A DNA stretch of 64,000 nucleotides from Acidobacteriota bacterium (GTDB lineage Bacteria; Acidobacteriota; UBA6911; RPQK01; JADFOI01). The number at the start of each line of letters is the position of its first letter. Position 1 is the stretch's first letter. A program made the translations under genes and the position numbers. The notes under the pieces are model-generated. The model worked only from the letters and a program-made list of their open reading frames with translations. It searched no databases and was not told where the DNA came from. Below, one piece after another: positions 61,779-64,000 of the stretch. The DNA lies in contig OY760074.1 of the NCBI GenBank assembly GCA_963663035.1, positions 896,001 to 960,000 of the forward strand, in the 5' to 3' direction.

Positions 61779-62255
61779 ATGAGTGAAGTGATTACGACCA
61801 TTGAGATTCAAGAGATCATGGAACTCCTGCCCCACAGGTATCCCTTTCTCCTGGTGGACCGCGTCATTGAATACGAGGCGGACAGCCGCATTGTGGGTAT
61901 CAAGAACGTCACCATCAATGAACCCTTTTTTCAAGGTCACTTTCCCGGTATCCCGATTATGCCGGGAGTCTTGATCATTGAGGCCATGGCACAAGTGGGC
62001 GGCGTTCTGGTCTTTAAGACTCTTCCTGATCGGGAAAAGAAGTTGGTGTTTTTCGCCGCCATCAAGAACGCCCGTTTCCGCAAACCTGTCGTTCCCGGGG
62101 ATCAATTGCGCATCGAAATGCTCCTGACCCATGTCAGAAGAAGTCTTGGAAAGCTGAAGGGAGAAGCATACGTGGATACTCAGCTGGTGGCCGAAGCAGA
62201 GATCATGTTTTCACTGGTGGACCGATCCGACTTCATTTCCAGTTCGGGCGAGTGA
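61779..62255 (+). CDS. fabZ: 3-hydroxyacyl-ACP dehydratase
   Basis: [11 protein letters not shown] and [21 protein letters not shown] motifs; start uncertain (61767 or 61779). Confidence 0.97.
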   Translation: MSEVITTIEIQEIMELLPHRYPFLLVDRVIEYEADSRIVGIKNVTINEPFFQGHFPGIPIMPGVLIIEAMAQVGGVLVFKTLPDREKKLVFFAAIKNARFRKPVVPGDQLRIEMLLTHVRRSLGKLKGEAYVDTQLVAEAEIMFSLVDRSDFISSSGE

Positions 62256-63091
62256 CTCCCATGGGTTCAGAACAAAGCCCGGAAATCCACAAAAGCGCTG
62301 ATGTTTCTTCACGTGCTGAACTCGCAGGCGGAGTCCGCATCGGACCCTATGCGGTCATTGGTGACGATGTCACCATCGGAGAGGGAACGGAAGTGGGTCC
62401 TCACACTGTGATCGAAGGTCCCACCATCATCGGTAAGGGAAACCGCATCATCGGTCAATCCGCCATAGGAACCATTCCTCAGGATCTCAAGTTTCAGGGT
62501 GAGAAGACTTCTCTGGCCATCGGGGATGACAATATCATCCGCGAGTTTGTCACCATTAATCGAGGGACTTCTGGTGGGGGTGGCAAGACGACCCTTGGGA
62601 GCGGGAATTTATTGATGACCGGCGTGCACATCGCCCACGACTGTCACGTGGGGCAGCGAGCCGTACTGGCCAACTCGGCTACCCTGGCTGGCCATGTCGA
62701 AGTGGCGGATGATTCGACGGTGGGTGCTTTCTCCGGTGTTCATCAGGACTGTCGGGTGGGGGTGCATGCCTTCATAGGAGGTTATTCGGTGGTCACCCGC
62801 GATGCCTTACCTTTCGTCAAAACCGTGGGCTACCGCAATCAAGCCAGGATTTACGGCATCAACAGCATCGGTCTGGAAAGGAAGAACTTTTCATCCCAAC
62901 GAATCGGAGTCCTGAAAAAGGCTTATCGGTTGCTCTTTCACAAGGGCTTGAAGCTCCGGCAGGCCATTGACCGGATTCGAGAGGAAGAACTGGAGAGCGA
63001 AGATCTGACCATCCTCATTGAGTTCATTGAAAGCTCGGGGAAGGGATTCGTGAGGAGTGTGAGCAGCAGCGGGAGCCCACGGGACTCGTGA
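62252..63091 (+). CDS. lpxA: UDP-N-acetylglucosamine acyltransferase
   Basis: [17 protein letters not shown] and HIAHDC motifs. Confidence 0.97.
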   Translation: MTPMGSEQSPEIHKSADVSSRAELAGGVRIGPYAVIGDDVTIGEGTEVGPHTVIEGPTIIGKGNRIIGQSAIGTIPQDLKFQGEKTSLAIGDDNIIREFVTINRGTSGGGGKTTLGSGNLLMTGVHIAHDCHVGQRAVLANSATLAGHVEVADDSTVGAFSGVHQDCRVGVHAFIGGYSVVTRDALPFVKTVGYRNQARIYGINSIGLERKNFSSQRIGVLKKAYRLLFHKGLKLRQAIDRIREEELESEDLTILIEFIESSGKGFVRSVSSSGSPRDS

Positions 63092-63945
63092 AGCTTGAAA
63101 AACTGGGACTCATAGCCGGAAATGGCCGATTCCCACTGCTGGTCCTGGAAGAAGCCCTCAAACGTGATATCAGTGTGGTGGTGGCAGCCATTCGGGAGGA
63201 AACCTCTCCCGAAATTGAAGACTTTGCTTCCCAGGATACGGTTTCCCTTCACTGGCTGGGCCTTGGTCAACTGGGGAAGTTGATCCGTCTCTTTAAGAAA
63301 GCGGGAGTCGAGAAGGTGATGATGGCCGGACAGGTCAAGCACGTTCAGATTTTTTCCCGCAAGGGGAGTGATTCTTCAAAACGCCGCGTCATCCTGCCCG
63401 ATTTGAAAATGACACGCCTGTTTATGTCTCTTCCTCAGAAGAACACCCAGGCACTGATAGGTGGAGTCATGGGAGCGCTGGAAAAGGAGGGCCTCCAGCT
63501 CATTGATTCGACCGTGCTCCTGCAGCCCCTGCTTGCCCAAGCCGGAGTCCTGACCCAGCGTGAGCCGGACAGCGAGGAGTCAAAGGATATGGAGTACGGC
63601 CGGTCTGTGGCGCGGGAGATTGCACGCCTCGATCTAGGTCAGACAGTCGTGGTAAAAGATCAGGCAGTGGTGGCCCTCGAGGCCATGGAAGGCACGGATG
63701 AAACAATTCGTCGTGCCTCTCGCCTGGTCGAAGGTGGACGCCTGACCGTGATCAAGCTCAGCCGACCGGATCAGGATATGAGATTCGATGTGCCCGTGGT
63801 CGGTCTGGATACACTTCAGGTCCTGCAGGAATGCAGGGTCTCAGCGCTTTCAATCGACGCGGGTAAGACGTTGATATTGGATCGTGAGAGCTTTATCCAG
63901 GAGGCTGATCGTCACAGCATGACGGTGGTAGCCGAGGCGGTCTAG
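63088..63945 (+). CDS. lpxI: UDP-2,3-diacylglucosamine diphosphatase LpxI
   Basis: LGLIAGNGRFP, DLGQTVVV, EAMEGTD and QDMRFDVPVVG motifs. Confidence 0.95.
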   Translation: MKLEKLGLIAGNGRFPLLVLEEALKRDISVVVAAIREETSPEIEDFASQDTVSLHWLGLGQLGKLIRLFKKAGVEKVMMAGQVKHVQIFSRKGSDSSKRRVILPDLKMTRLFMSLPQKNTQALIGGVMGALEKEGLQLIDSTVLLQPLLAQAGVLTQREPDSEESKDMEYGRSVAREIARLDLGQTVVVKDQAVVALEAMEGTDETIRRASRLVEGGRLTVIKLSRPDQDMRFDVPVVGLDTLQVLQECRVSALSIDAGKTLILDRESFIQEADRHSMTVVAEAV

Positions 63946-63946
63946 C

Positions 63947-64000
63947 CACCGTATTGATGAAACGAAGCGTTAACCCGCAGTGCTCACACCAGGTCGTCAC
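63947..64000. mobile_element. Type-E end remnant abutting the start of a type-D element (runs off the window)
   Basis: CACCGTATTGATGAAACGAAGC resembles 49824-49845; TAACCCGCAGTGCTCACACCAGGTCGT matches the reverse complement of 32774-32800. Confidence 0.75.

Overview
Bacterial chromosomal window, probably Acidobacteriota. This is inferred from the PEP-CTERM proteins, the 'FPQIVDG' secreted-protein motif, the lptC/A-lptB-rpoN-hprK-rapZ-PTS gene order and the bamA-skp-lpx gene order. About 1-10.5 kb is accessory: the end of a tyrosine integrase, an excisionase-like HTH, a Fic gene, a sigma-like orphan, an IS256, two PEP-CTERM genes, a PHP gene and a frameshifted poly-Asp secreted protein. About 10.9-17.3 kb holds ygfZ, tkt, a probable selenocysteine-containing thioredoxin-fold protein, iscA, tadA, a CMD protein and dsbA. 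About 17.4-24.8 kb is a second variable zone around two tRNA-Ser genes, with an AbiE toxin-antitoxin pair, a PilZ protein, a 2-kb tRNA-anchored islet and a degenerate cNMP/HD-GYP protein. 25-64 kb is core genome: ffs-dnaX-ybaB-recR, moa genes, nfeD-slipin, lnt-prfB (programmed frameshift), a Fur-ferritin fusion, recJ, lpt, rpoN, PTS, ribH-nusB-lysS, lolCD, clpC and bamA-skp-skp-lpxD-fabZ-lpxA-lpxI. Two non-coding systems stand out. (i) An ordered, multi-module heptamer-repeat cassette occurs at least four times; one copy carries a ~680-bp array whose unit is the anti-Shine-Dalgarno sequence ACCTCCT. (ii) A family of TA-targeting MITE-like elements shares hairpin modules between different terminal inverted repeats. 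All calls were made by eye from the sequence and the ORF track; no searches were run.
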